Below are positions 27,443 through 36,621 of a DNA stretch of 64,000 nt, one piece after another; positions within the stretch are counted from its first letter, which is position 1; each line of letters begins with the position of its first letter. The DNA lies in contig OZ245742.1 in NCBI GenBank assembly GCA_965227295.1, forward strand, positions 5,664,001 to 5,728,000, written 5' to 3'. This stretch comes from Leptonemataceae bacterium. GTDB taxonomy: Bacteria; Spirochaetota; Leptospiria; Leptospirales; Leptonemataceae. Under the pieces are notes generated by a model that had not been told where the DNA came from, did not search any database, and saw only the letters and a program-made list of their open reading frames with translations. The translations under genes were made by a program, and so were the position numbers.

Positions 27443-28735
27443 TTCATGTTTCTCACGGCAACGCAACGAACCGCAGCTCTTGAACTACCGGAAACGCACG
27501 GGTTTTTCGCACACGCCCTGAATTGTGGTGTAAGTGAAGGCCAGTGTACATTAAGGCTTTTATGGGTACAGCTGGTTCCAGCTGACGCGCGGAGGTCATG
27601 CCGGGGAAATGTGGGGTGCGCACCGGAACGGCGTCTTCGTCGTAAGAAATGCTGCGATAGCTGAGTCGCCAACCGACGTCCGGGTCGAACGCAGTATTCT
27701 TAGCAAAACGAAAATCCACAACTCCCGCAAAGCCGTAGCCAAAAAAACCACTGCACGATACGGCAACCGCAACGAGTCGCAGTTCTTGAATTACCGGAAA
27801 CTCTCGGGTGATTCGCATACGCCCCGAATCGTGGTGTAAGTGGCGGCCAGTTTGTATTAAGCCTTGTATGGGTACGGCTGGTTCCAGCAGATGAACGGAG
27901 GTCATGCCGGGGAATGTGGTAAGGCGCACCGGAACGGCGTCTTCGTCGTAAGGAACGCTGCGATAGCTGAGTCGCAAACCCGCGTCCGGGTCGAACGCAG
28001 CATTTTTTGCGAAACGAAACTCCACAACGTTTCTGAAGGCGGACATGTCCCGGCCTATCCCTCAATCTCGCCGAAGCGAGATTGAGGCTCCCGCTCAGCC
28101 GTAGCCAAAAAAACCACTGCACGATACGGCAACTTACTTCACGTTTCTCACCGCAACCGCAACGAGTCGCAGTTCTTGAATTACCGGAAACTCTCGGGTG
28201 ATTCGCATACGCCCCGAATCGTGGTGTAAGTGGCGGCCAGTTTGTATTAAGCCTTGTATGGGTACGGCTGGTTCCAGCAGATGAACGGAGGTCATGTCGG
28301 GGAATGTGGTAAGGCGCACCGGAACGGCGTCTTCGCCGCAAGAAACGCTACTGTAGCTGAGTCGCAAACCCGCGTCCGGGTCGAACGCAGCATTTTTTGC
28401 GAAACGAAACTCCACAACGTTTCTGAAGGCGGACATGTCCCGGCCTATCCCTCAATCTCGCCGAAGCGAGATTGAGGCTCCCGCTCAGCCGTAGCCAAAA
28501 AAATCCCTTCACCATTGCGCAACTTACCTTGTGTGTCTCACGGCAAACGCCGCGAACCGCAGCTCTTGAACTACCGGAAACGCGCGGGTTATTCGCACAC
28601 GCCCCGAATCGTGAAGTAAGTGAAGGCCAGTGTACATTAAGGCTTTTATGGGTACAGCTGGTTCCAGCTGACGCGCGGAGGTCGTGCCGGGGAACGTGGT
28701 ACGGCGGACCGGAACGGCGTCTTCGTCGTAAGAAA
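27443..28735. repeat. tandem array 2 of the modular non-coding repeat (4 cores)
   Basis: Equivalent anchor positions 27546, 27852, 28242 and 28632 (spacings 306, 390, 390); same core and orientation as array 1. Confidence 0.95.
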
Positions 28736-28749
28736 ACTTCGGCTACACC

Positions 28750-30702
28750 TCAGTACCCGTTGTTCGCGTATTGAAACATCGTCACGCCGGTAACAAAGCC
28801 GGGAATGAAGTTATCGTACCCGACAAGCCCGGTCTTCACTTTCACCAGGGCGCCGTGGCCCTGGTACGCGCCGATGTTCGGCGTGTGAATGCAACGTTCG
28901 TTCGACTCACAGAGGGCGTCGTCGTCACCGACAAAGTCGTCTAAGATCTCCGTAGCGCACTTTAAGAACGTTTGCGTGCTGCCGTCGGAGTTCGTGTGCG
29001 TGAGGGCGTCGGCGCCCGTGGGCATGGGGCAACGAGCGCGCAAGAGCGTATCGTCGGAACGCAGGGCGTAGTCGTAAATGCGGCAGGTCCCGCTGGCACA
29101 GGGCGCACGAATGGAGGTATCGATGAGCGACGTGCCGTCGCGGCCCCAGGTGCGATAGATGTGTTCGAAGTCCGTCCAGCCGAAATTTGTAATCGAAGCG
29201 AAGGACTGCGCGCCGCTTGCATCGGCCACGTTGACGCTGTCGTCGGCGGTAAGGCGCCCGACGAAACTGGAGCCGATCTCAGGCCCCACCGTGAACGTCG
29301 CGTCGGATGATCCCTGGTTGCCGCAGCCGTCCTGGAGACCCGAGGACGGACTGCTCACTGAACTGCAATCGGTCGTGGCGTTTTGCCCGACGATCACCTC
29401 GCCGGTGAATCGATTCCCCGTCGCCCCGGTGCCCATGTCGATGCCGATCGCGCCGGTGTTTGCGGCGGCGATGTTGCTGATGGTATTGTTGGTATTCCCA
29501 TCAAAAGAAAAACCGGACGAGACCTGATTGTTCGTCGCCACGGCCGAGACCACGATGTTCTGCGCTCCGGTGCCGGTGTTCAGCCCGTCGCCGCCGGCGT
29601 TGGAGACGGTCATGTTCGTGTAGACGGTATCTTTGAACACGCTGCCGCCGAAGGATACCGACGGACTCGAAGTTACGAGCACCCCGGTGAATACGTTGCT
29701 GATGCCGCCGGTTCCGAGGGCACCCAGGCCCGTCGAGTGGATCACCGAATCACTGACGACGTTGTATGAGCCGTCGTTCGTGTTCACGCCGACGGTTCCG
29801 GGTCTTCCGGCGCGCAGGTAGCGAATGCGATTATTGGAACTGCCGTTACTGAACACGAGGCCGTTGTTCGGTGATCCGGTAATGCGCACATTGTTAACAG
29901 TTACGAAATGCGAGTTATCGAGATCGATGGAGTTGTCGGCGGCGGCGGAGTTCAGGAGGCCGCCTTCGATCCAGGCATAGCGCGCACCGATGACGTCGAT
30001 GAGGTCCACGAAACCACCGGTGCCCAGCAGTTGCGTTCCGGAGCGCATGAGCAACGTAACGTTGTCGTTGGTGATGACGTAGACGTTGGAGGTATCCGCC
30101 GTCATTGCGTAGATGAAACCGGAACTGAGCTCTCCCGCCGCGGCGCCGTTGTTGTCGACGACGATGGGCGTGCTCCACCACACGGACTCCTCGGTTTGCG
30201 CCGGCAGCCAGGTTCCGTACTGAACCGTAATGGAATTCGAACGAAACGTAAGCGAACTATAATCGATGAGATCTTCGAGACCCTTCTCCGGTTGAAATCC
30301 GGCCAGCACGGCCTTGAGGCCTTCCGAAGTAGAGACGCAGCGCCATTGAAAGACGCCGAGGTTGTCGCTGATCTCCACGTCCGTACACGACGGCGGTCCG
30401 CTGATGGAAAACGTGCGCAGAAAGCCCGCGCGGAAGCACTGGTTTTGTGACGGATCACCGCTGCCCGGACAGGCGGCACCCGTGGCGCTGAGGGTGTCGA
30501 CGCCGTCGTTGCGCAGCCAGTCCGCCCAGTTCGCGGCGCCGCTGTACGGCGTCGTTACCGTACCGACGGCGGGCTTGAGTTGCACCAGGAGCAACAGACT
30601 TGCCGGATCGCAGCTGAGGTCGCCGCCGACGCACTCGGAGTCGATGGCCTGGCAGGCGGGGAAGGCCGCCGCAAAGATCGCGATGCAGAACAATGTGCGC
30701 AT
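28750..30702 (-). CDS. lipoprotein with right-handed parallel beta-helix repeats
   Basis: Lipobox-like FPAC; Asn/Gly/Ser/Thr-rich ~22-residue repeats (NGLVFSNGSSNNRI, GFSFDGNTNNTISNI); Cys-containing C-terminus GDDDALCESNERC. Confidence 0.8.
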   Translation of the reverse strand: MRTLFCIAIFAAAFPACQAIDSECVGGDLSCDPASLLLLVQLKPAVGTVTTPYSGAANWADWLRNDGVDTLSATGAACPGSGDPSQNQCFRAGFLRTFSISGPPSCTDVEISDNLGVFQWRCVSTSEGLKAVLAGFQPEKGLEDLIDYSSLTFRSNSITVQYGTWLPAQTEESVWWSTPIVVDNNGAAAGELSSGFIYAMTADTSNVYVITNDNVTLLMRSGTQLLGTGGFVDLIDVIGARYAWIEGGLLNSAAADNSIDLDNSHFVTVNNVRITGSPNNGLVFSNGSSNNRIRYLRAGRPGTVGVNTNDGSYNVVSDSVIHSTGLGALGTGGISNVFTGVLVTSSPSVSFGGSVFKDTVYTNMTVSNAGGDGLNTGTGAQNIVVSAVATNNQVSSGFSFDGNTNNTISNIAAANTGAIGIDMGTGATGNRFTGEVIVGQNATTDCSSVSSPSSGLQDGCGNQGSSDATFTVGPEIGSSFVGRLTADDSVNVADASGAQSFASITNFGWTDFEHIYRTWGRDGTSLIDTSIRAPCASGTCRIYDYALRSDDTLLRARCPMPTGADALTHTNSDGSTQTFLKCATEILDDFVGDDDALCESNERCIHTPNIGAYQGHGALVKVKTGLVGYDNFIPGFVTGVTMFQYANNGY

Positions 30703-30817
30703 GAGCGATTATCGAACGGCGGGTGAAGTTGTAAAGGGGAATACGCAAGGCCCCGGAACACACTAAGTTCTCTTCTCATGATGTTAGCCCGCATCTTCGC
30801 GTGAGGGATTGAAAGGG

Positions 30818-30900
30818 TGGCGCGCAGCGCCAGTCCGGAGCGCGAAGCGCGGAGGACCGCAGCGATAGCGGAGCCCTGCCCCCGCGCACCGCGCGGGGGC
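30818..30900. other. cluster of four consecutive GC-rich hairpins in a divergent intergenic region
   Basis: TGGCGC-GCA-GCGCCA; GTCC-GGA-GCGC-GAA-GCGC-GGA-GGAC; CCGC-N7-GCGG; GCCCCCGCGC-ACC-GCGCGGGGGC. Confidence 0.6.
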
Positions 30901-30979
30901 CGCCCAAAAAACCCCGGTTCGGCTTGACACTCACCCACCCCGCGCAATATTTCCGCATCATTTTCGAACAGGAGCCGGC

Positions 30980-31933
30980 ATGAACGAACCCATTCAGAAC
31001 TTCGATCAGGTCCTCGCAAAAATCAAAGATTACCCCACACAAAGAATATGTGTGGCCTCCGGCATCGACGAACAAACGTTGATCGCCGTTACGGAAGCGC
31101 GGGATCGCGGCATCGCCACTTCGGTGCTGGTCGGCGACGAAAACATTATGCGTGAGAACGCCGAGAAAACCGGCGTGGATCTGAAAGACATCGAGATCAT
31201 CGACGTAAAGGGCGATCCGTCGCTGGCGGCGAAACGCGCGGTACAGGAAGTCAGCGAAGGCCGCGCGCAAATCTACATGAAAGGCTACATCCACTCGGAC
31301 GATTTTTTGCGCACGGTCATCGGCCGGGACGCGGGCCTGCGCACCGAGAACATTCTGAATCACGTGTTCATCCTGGACGCGAAACATCTCGGGCGTTTGT
31401 TGTTCATCACCGACGGCGCCATGAACATCGCGCCGGACCTGGAAGATAAAGCGCGCATCGTGGCGAACACCGTGGCGCTCGCGCAATTGTTTAACATTGA
31501 ACGACCGAAGGTTGCGGTACTCTCGGCCGTCGAAGTCATCAACCCGAAGATCGAGTCCACCCTGGAAGCCGCGGCCCTCGCGAAGATGAGCGATCGCAAT
31601 CAGTTTCACGGCGGCATCGTGGACGGCCCGTTCGCGTTGGACAACGCCATCTCCGAAGAAGCCGCCCGGTACAAAAAGATCGGCGGCGAGGTCGCGGGCA
31701 AGGCCGACATCATTCTCGTGCCGGAGATCATTACCGGAAACGCGCTGGCGAAATCGTTCGCGCACATCGCCGGCGGCCTCAGCGCGGGTCTGCTCTTCGG
31801 CGCAAGCGCCCCGGTGGTCCTGCCCTCGCGCTCGGACCCCATGGAATGCAAACTCATGGGCATCGCCTGCGCGGTTTTTGCCGCGGGCTCCCACGCCGAG
31901 AAGAGAGTGAAGATCGGCAAGGTGCATTTCTAA
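30980..31933 (+). CDS. phosphate acyltransferase (phosphate butyryltransferase/acetyltransferase family)
   Basis: YMKG, FITDGAMNIAPD, PKVAVLSAVE, DGPFALDNAIS, VAGKADI, GNALAK and PSRSD motifs; GGAG SD; TTGACA at 30924. Confidence 0.92.
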   Translation: MNEPIQNFDQVLAKIKDYPTQRICVASGIDEQTLIAVTEARDRGIATSVLVGDENIMRENAEKTGVDLKDIEIIDVKGDPSLAAKRAVQEVSEGRAQIYMKGYIHSDDFLRTVIGRDAGLRTENILNHVFILDAKHLGRLLFITDGAMNIAPDLEDKARIVANTVALAQLFNIERPKVAVLSAVEVINPKIESTLEAAALAKMSDRNQFHGGIVDGPFALDNAISEEAARYKKIGGEVAGKADIILVPEIITGNALAKSFAHIAGGLSAGLLFGASAPVVLPSRSDPMECKLMGIACAVFAAGSHAEKRVKIGKVHF

Positions 31934-33178
31934 ATGCGAGAAATTCTGGTCGTTAACTGCGGATCGTCCTCACTTAAGGTCGACGTCTTTTCGTACGATC
32001 CGAAACTCCCGGCGACGGACGACGCGGCCTTCGCCTGCATCGCCTCGGCGGCGGCCGAACGCTTACATTCTCCTGAAACGCAGTTAAAATTCGAGGTAAA
32101 GGCCTCGCCGAAACGCGACGTCGCCGGCGCCGAAGAAAAGCTCAGCCCCGGCGAACGCGATCACGCCGGCGCCCTGCGGGACGTGGCGGAGTTCTTCGCG
32201 CGCCACGACGTCTTCGCATCGGAACGACGCCTGGCCGTGGGGCATCGCATCGTGCACGGCGGGCCCACGATTACGAAACCGGCGCGCCTGGATGCGGCGA
32301 CGTTGCAAACCATTGAAGCCTGCGCCGAGTTCGCGCCGCTGCACAATCCACCGAACCTGGCCGGCGTACGCGCGGCGCGGGAAATCTTCGGCGAACTGAA
32401 CGGCGCCCACGTCGGCGTCTTCGATACGGCCTTCCACGCGACCATGCCGGCGTTCGCCTACACGTACGCTTTACCGCAAGAGATGGCCGAACGCCACGGC
32501 TTGCGGCGCTTCGGTTTTCACGGCACGTCTCACGAGTACGTCGGCCGCAAGGCGGCGGAACTTCTTAAGAAGCCTTTCGATGAAGTTAAGGTCATCACGC
32601 TGCATCTGGGCAACGGCGCCTCGGCCTGCGCCATCCAACACGGCCGATCCGTGGATACGTCCATGGGTTTCACGCCCCTCGAAGGCCTCGCCATGGGCAC
32701 GCGCTGCGGCGACCTCGACCCCGCGATCGTGCCGGTGTTGATGGAAAAAGAAAACCTCGATACCGACGCGGTGGATCTGCTTTTGAACAAACAGAGCGGA
32801 CTCAAGGGCCTTGCCGGCGTAAACGACATGCGCGATCTGCTGCAACGCGCAAATGCCGGCGACGAGTCGGCCGAACTCGCCGTGGACGTGTTTTGTTATC
32901 GCATTCGCAAGTACGTCGGCGCGTATCTCGCGACGCTCGACGGCGCCGATGCGATCGTGTTCACCGCGGGCATCGGCGAAAACGCCGCGGAGATTCGCCG
33001 ACGCGTGATGTCGGATTTCGAGTATGCCGGGATCTTTCTGGACGAGGGGCGCAACAACGATCCGCGGAAGTTCGGCGGCACGGTTTCGCCGGAACATTCG
33101 AAGACGCTCGTGGCCGTGATTCCCACGGATGAGGAGTTGATGATTGCGAAGAGTGCGGCGGGTGTTGTGGGGGAATAA
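31934..33178 (+). CDS. ackA: acetate kinase
   Basis: ILVVNCGSSSLK, GHRIVHGG, APLHNP, FDTAFH, GFHGTSH, HLGNGAS, TSMGFTPLEG, FTAGIGEN and PTDEEL motifs. Confidence 0.97.
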   Translation: MREILVVNCGSSSLKVDVFSYDPKLPATDDAAFACIASAAAERLHSPETQLKFEVKASPKRDVAGAEEKLSPGERDHAGALRDVAEFFARHDVFASERRLAVGHRIVHGGPTITKPARLDAATLQTIEACAEFAPLHNPPNLAGVRAAREIFGELNGAHVGVFDTAFHATMPAFAYTYALPQEMAERHGLRRFGFHGTSHEYVGRKAAELLKKPFDEVKVITLHLGNGASACAIQHGRSVDTSMGFTPLEGLAMGTRCGDLDPAIVPVLMEKENLDTDAVDLLLNKQSGLKGLAGVNDMRDLLQRANAGDESAELAVDVFCYRIRKYVGAYLATLDGADAIVFTAGIGENAAEIRRRVMSDFEYAGIFLDEGRNNDPRKFGGTVSPEHSKTLVAVIPTDEELMIAKSAAGVVGE

Positions 33179-33361
33179 TGCACCCGGGTTTTATTCGAAA
33201 AAGAGAGGATCATTCATTCTTTCCGCTTGATTCGAAGTGGTTCCGGGAGGCCAAAATGCTTCGCCCCTGTATTATGGCCATCTGAAGAGTCGTAGAACGA
33301 GAACCTTCGTGAAAATTTGTAGCTAAGGATCCTGTGGAACTCACATCGACGCTCCCACTAA

Positions 33362-34760
33362 CAGGCTGCTGAAAAAGTCATGCGAAAGCGGAATCTGTGA
33401 AATTCATTTGGGCGTTGCGCCCGGCCGGCGCCAACAAGGCCCCGCTGGACGGGGCCGCTGTTCGCTCCTTCCCCTCTGAAGCCGGCCGGGCGCCGGGCTG
33501 CTCCGGGCTCCGCGTTCGCTTCGGTCCTCCGTGCTTCGCACTTCGGACTGCCGCTGCGCGGCACCCTGCACATCCCTAACGCTTGTATTTCGCAAGTTAG
33601 CATTCGCGATCATGTTGCTGCCTCTTGTAGGTTTCTGATTCGCAGCAAGTTGTAGACGGCAACAGCGAAGCGGAAAATCCACCCGACACGATCCGGACCA
33701 CGGAAGCGCATCTTTCGGCAGACCCCTATCGACTTCAACCAGCCAAAAATTTCTTCGACGGCTTTGCGACGACGTTGACTTCTTGCATAGGCGGGGCTCC
33801 GGGCGGTTCGATAATCGACGGCGCTGGAGCGGCTCTTCTGTGCGATGTGCGGCACAATCCGGTTCGCTTTAAGTTCTTCTACGAAAGCTTTAGTATCGTA
33901 GCCTTTGTCGGCGCCCAGAGTTACGCGGGGCCGATGATTGCTTCGGCGTAGTTCCTTCATGAAGATGGCTGCCGCATCGCGTTCCGCCGTTCCGGTTGCG
34001 CGAGTCACGCCGGCCATCACAGCGAGGCAGTTACGGTTTTCCATAAGGACATGCCCTATGTAAACCAGCCGGGCCTCTTTGCCGTTGCCTTTGCGGAATA
34101 GCTTCGCATCTGGATCGGTCGTGGATTCATGTGTATCGTTGCGGCGCTTTTCGCCGTGAAAGCTCACGAACGGATTGCCCGGATCATCATCCGAGGGGGA
34201 TTGCCGACCGTCTTTTTTCTGGAAGCTCTTCAGGCTCGCCGCAGCCTCCAGCAACGTGGCATCCACGGTGAAATGTTCTTCGCTGATCAGCCCGCGATCA
34301 TCCGCCACTTCCAGCACGCCACGAAAGAATTCGTCGGCGATACCGCCTTCCATCAGACGATCACGATTCTTTGAAAAGACGCTCGCATCCCAGACGGGAT
34401 CGTCGGCGCTCAACCCGATGAACCAGCGATAGAGCAGATTGTAGTTCGTTTGCTCCATCAACTGACGTTCGCTGCGGACGCTGAACAACACTTGCAGCAA
34501 CAGAGCGCGCAACAGGTACTCCGGCGGAATCGAGGGCCACCCGAAAGCCGGATACATTTCATCAAATCGATCGCTAAGATTCGCGAGGACCGCATCCGTC
34601 AACTTGCGAATGTCACGCAACGGATGGTTGGCCGGAATCCGGTCCTCCATCGAAACGTGACTCCAGATACTCGGTTGCTTTTCTTCTTCGCCGCGCATGC
34701 GACGAAATCTGAACGGGTACCGCAAAATCGCCAGGAGATTTCGACTTTTTCAGCAGCCTG
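33362..34760 (-). mobile_element. IS5-family insertion sequence, 1399 bp, apparently intact
   Basis: Perfect 18-bp terminal inverted repeats CAGGCTGCTGAAAAAGTC (33362-33379) and GACTTTTTCAGCAGCCTG (34743-34760); CTAA direct repeat on both sides (33358-33361, 34761-34764). Confidence 0.93.
33610..34698 (-). CDS. IS5-family DDE transposase
   Basis: RIPANHPLR, SIPPEYLLRALLLQ...SERQL, VDATL, TTDPDA, GADKGYD and RKAVEEIFGWLK motifs. Confidence 0.93.
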   Translation of the reverse strand: MRGEEEKQPSIWSHVSMEDRIPANHPLRDIRKLTDAVLANLSDRFDEMYPAFGWPSIPPEYLLRALLLQVLFSVRSERQLMEQTNYNLLYRWFIGLSADDPVWDASVFSKNRDRLMEGGIADEFFRGVLEVADDRGLISEEHFTVDATLLEAAASLKSFQKKDGRQSPSDDDPGNPFVSFHGEKRRNDTHESTTDPDAKLFRKGNGKEARLVYIGHVLMENRNCLAVMAGVTRATGTAERDAAAIFMKELRRSNHRPRVTLGADKGYDTKAFVEELKANRIVPHIAQKSRSSAVDYRTARSPAYARSQRRRKAVEEIFGWLKSIGVCRKMRFRGPDRVGWIFRFAVAVYNLLRIRNLQEAAT

Positions 34761-34777
34761 CTAAAAATTGGATTCTC

Positions 34778-35329
34778 TCAAATCTCCGCTAACATCACAG
34801 TCTTTCCAAACACCGCCAGCCCATCGGCAAACCCCTGCTCGCGTGTCTTCGCATAACCGTCGCTTAGCGGCTCTTCGAATATCTCCACGCGCCTTCCGTC
34901 CAAATCCACAATCCAGTAGACCGGCACGCCGGCCGCGGCGTAGATCGTAGCTTTCGCCCGATCAAACTCAAGCGACGACCGCGCCACTTCGACCACCAGT
35001 TCCGCCGTCGCGGGGTTGCGTTCGCGATACGAGGCCAGGGGCCCCTTCACGATCATGAGATCCGGCTCGACGTCCGAGTTCGCGTGCGTCAGGGTTTTCT
35101 CGGTCATGATCAACAGACCGTCCGGAAGAATAGTGCGCAACTGTTCATAGAGCGCGCCGACGAAGTAGTTATGAGCAGGGCTTTTGGTCATTTTGTCGAC
35201 GATGGCTCCATCGATGAGTTCGGTCCGCTCCGAGACGGCCCCGGCTTCCAGCATGCGATGATAGTCGGCCAGCGTGATAAACGTGGCCCGCTGACGGATG
35301 GCGGGATTGTTCAAAAGCGGAGACATCAC
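34778..35329 (-). CDS. Uma2 (DUF820) family PD-(D/E)XK endonuclease
   Basis: ELIDG, EPDL, LVVEVARSSLEFDRAKATIYAAAGVPVYWIVDL motifs. Confidence 0.9.
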   Translation of the reverse strand: MMSPLLNNPAIRQRATFITLADYHRMLEAGAVSERTELIDGAIVDKMTKSPAHNYFVGALYEQLRTILPDGLLIMTEKTLTHANSDVEPDLMIVKGPLASYRERNPATAELVVEVARSSLEFDRAKATIYAAAGVPVYWIVDLDGRRVEIFEEPLSDGYAKTREQGFADGLAVFGKTVMLAEI

Positions 35330-35432
35330 GCCGAAAATCTACTACGGCACCTGCGCCTGTCAATTCCAAACTCCACCGCAGCCCAGCTCCGGAACTTGAT
35401 TGACACGCCCCTCCCTGGAACGACGATCCCTC

Positions 35433-36620
35433 ATGCTCCGCGCATCGGCCTCGCTCCCCCTCCTCTGCCTGGTGATGACACTCATCGCCTGCAATCCTGA
35501 TCCGAACATCGAACGCGAGTCCACGTACCACTCGCCCGTGTTTGCGGTGGACGGAGTCTACAAATCCATGCAGGGTCCCATCGGCTCGGTGGAGTTTGAT
35601 GTGGGCGCCGGGGCGGAACTCCAGCGCGGCCCGGAACTCGTATGGTTGCGCGGCTTTCGCAGTGTCGTCGTCGACGAACGTGCCGAAAAACAACTGCCGC
35701 AGTACTTCATGTGCCATACGAATCTCGTCTACCGCGGCCTGGCCGCGCATCGGAAAATCTTCGGCGGCGGCAGCCCCACATCCCAGGTGGCCAGAGAAAA
35801 GATTTTTACGATCTCCCAGGGCGAAGAACACGTGCGGTTCCCCGAGGGCTTCGGCATTCCCGTCGTCAGCAATCTGCCCGGCCGGAGCTTCGGCGTATAC
35901 AACCAAATGCTCAACGTGAATCACACGGATGCCCGGCCGAATCGCAAAGATAACATTAAGTTACGTTACCAGAACACGGTCTATTACGTGCGCGAGTCCG
36001 AGCGCCGCCGCCCCGTCAAACCGCTCTACCAGGCCCTGGGACAGATCATGGTCGCGCTGAACACGGACAACGCGGTCTACAACATGCCCGTGCCCACCGG
36101 CGTCCACGCCCGGGCAAGCTGCGGCAACGGCAAGGCCGCGTCTCCGCTGCGCTTCACCGACGACTACGGCCAGGAGTTTTCGTACCACTGGAAACTTCCT
36201 CCCGGTCGCGAGGTCCGCAGCACGGTCATAAGCGGCAGCATGCTGAACCTGAAGTACGATACGACGATTCACTACATCATGGCGCACATGCACCCGTACG
36301 GCGAGTCCCTGGCATTGAAGGATCTCACCGAGGACCGCATCATTTTCGAAAGCAAGATGACGGGTTACGCGGATCACATCGGCCTGGAAAAGGTCGAACA
36401 CTACGAGAGCGCCGAGGGCATTCCCGTGTACAGGGACCACAAGTACGCGCTCATCAGCACTTACAACAACACCACGAACGAGACCCACGACGCCATGGCC
36501 ATCATGTACTTCTTCCTGCACGACAAAGACTTCGCCATGCCGGCGAAGGCACAGCTCGAGGCCGCGCGTACCTTTCCACCGCCCCAGGACGGCAATGCCC
36601 ACGCCCACGGGAGCATGTAA
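35433..36620 (+). CDS. lipoprotein with a PHM/copper monooxygenase-like C-terminal motif set
   Basis: Lipobox LIAC; MAHMHPYG and YNNTT...HDAMAIMYFF resemble the CuM site of copper type II monooxygenases. Confidence 0.6.
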   Translation: MLRASASLPLLCLVMTLIACNPDPNIERESTYHSPVFAVDGVYKSMQGPIGSVEFDVGAGAELQRGPELVWLRGFRSVVVDERAEKQLPQYFMCHTNLVYRGLAAHRKIFGGGSPTSQVAREKIFTISQGEEHVRFPEGFGIPVVSNLPGRSFGVYNQMLNVNHTDARPNRKDNIKLRYQNTVYYVRESERRRPVKPLYQALGQIMVALNTDNAVYNMPVPTGVHARASCGNGKAASPLRFTDDYGQEFSYHWKLPPGREVRSTVISGSMLNLKYDTTIHYIMAHMHPYGESLALKDLTEDRIIFESKMTGYADHIGLEKVEHYESAEGIPVYRDHKYALISTYNNTTNETHDAMAIMYFFLHDKDFAMPAKAQLEAARTFPPPQDGNAHAHGSM

Positions 36621-36621
36621 C

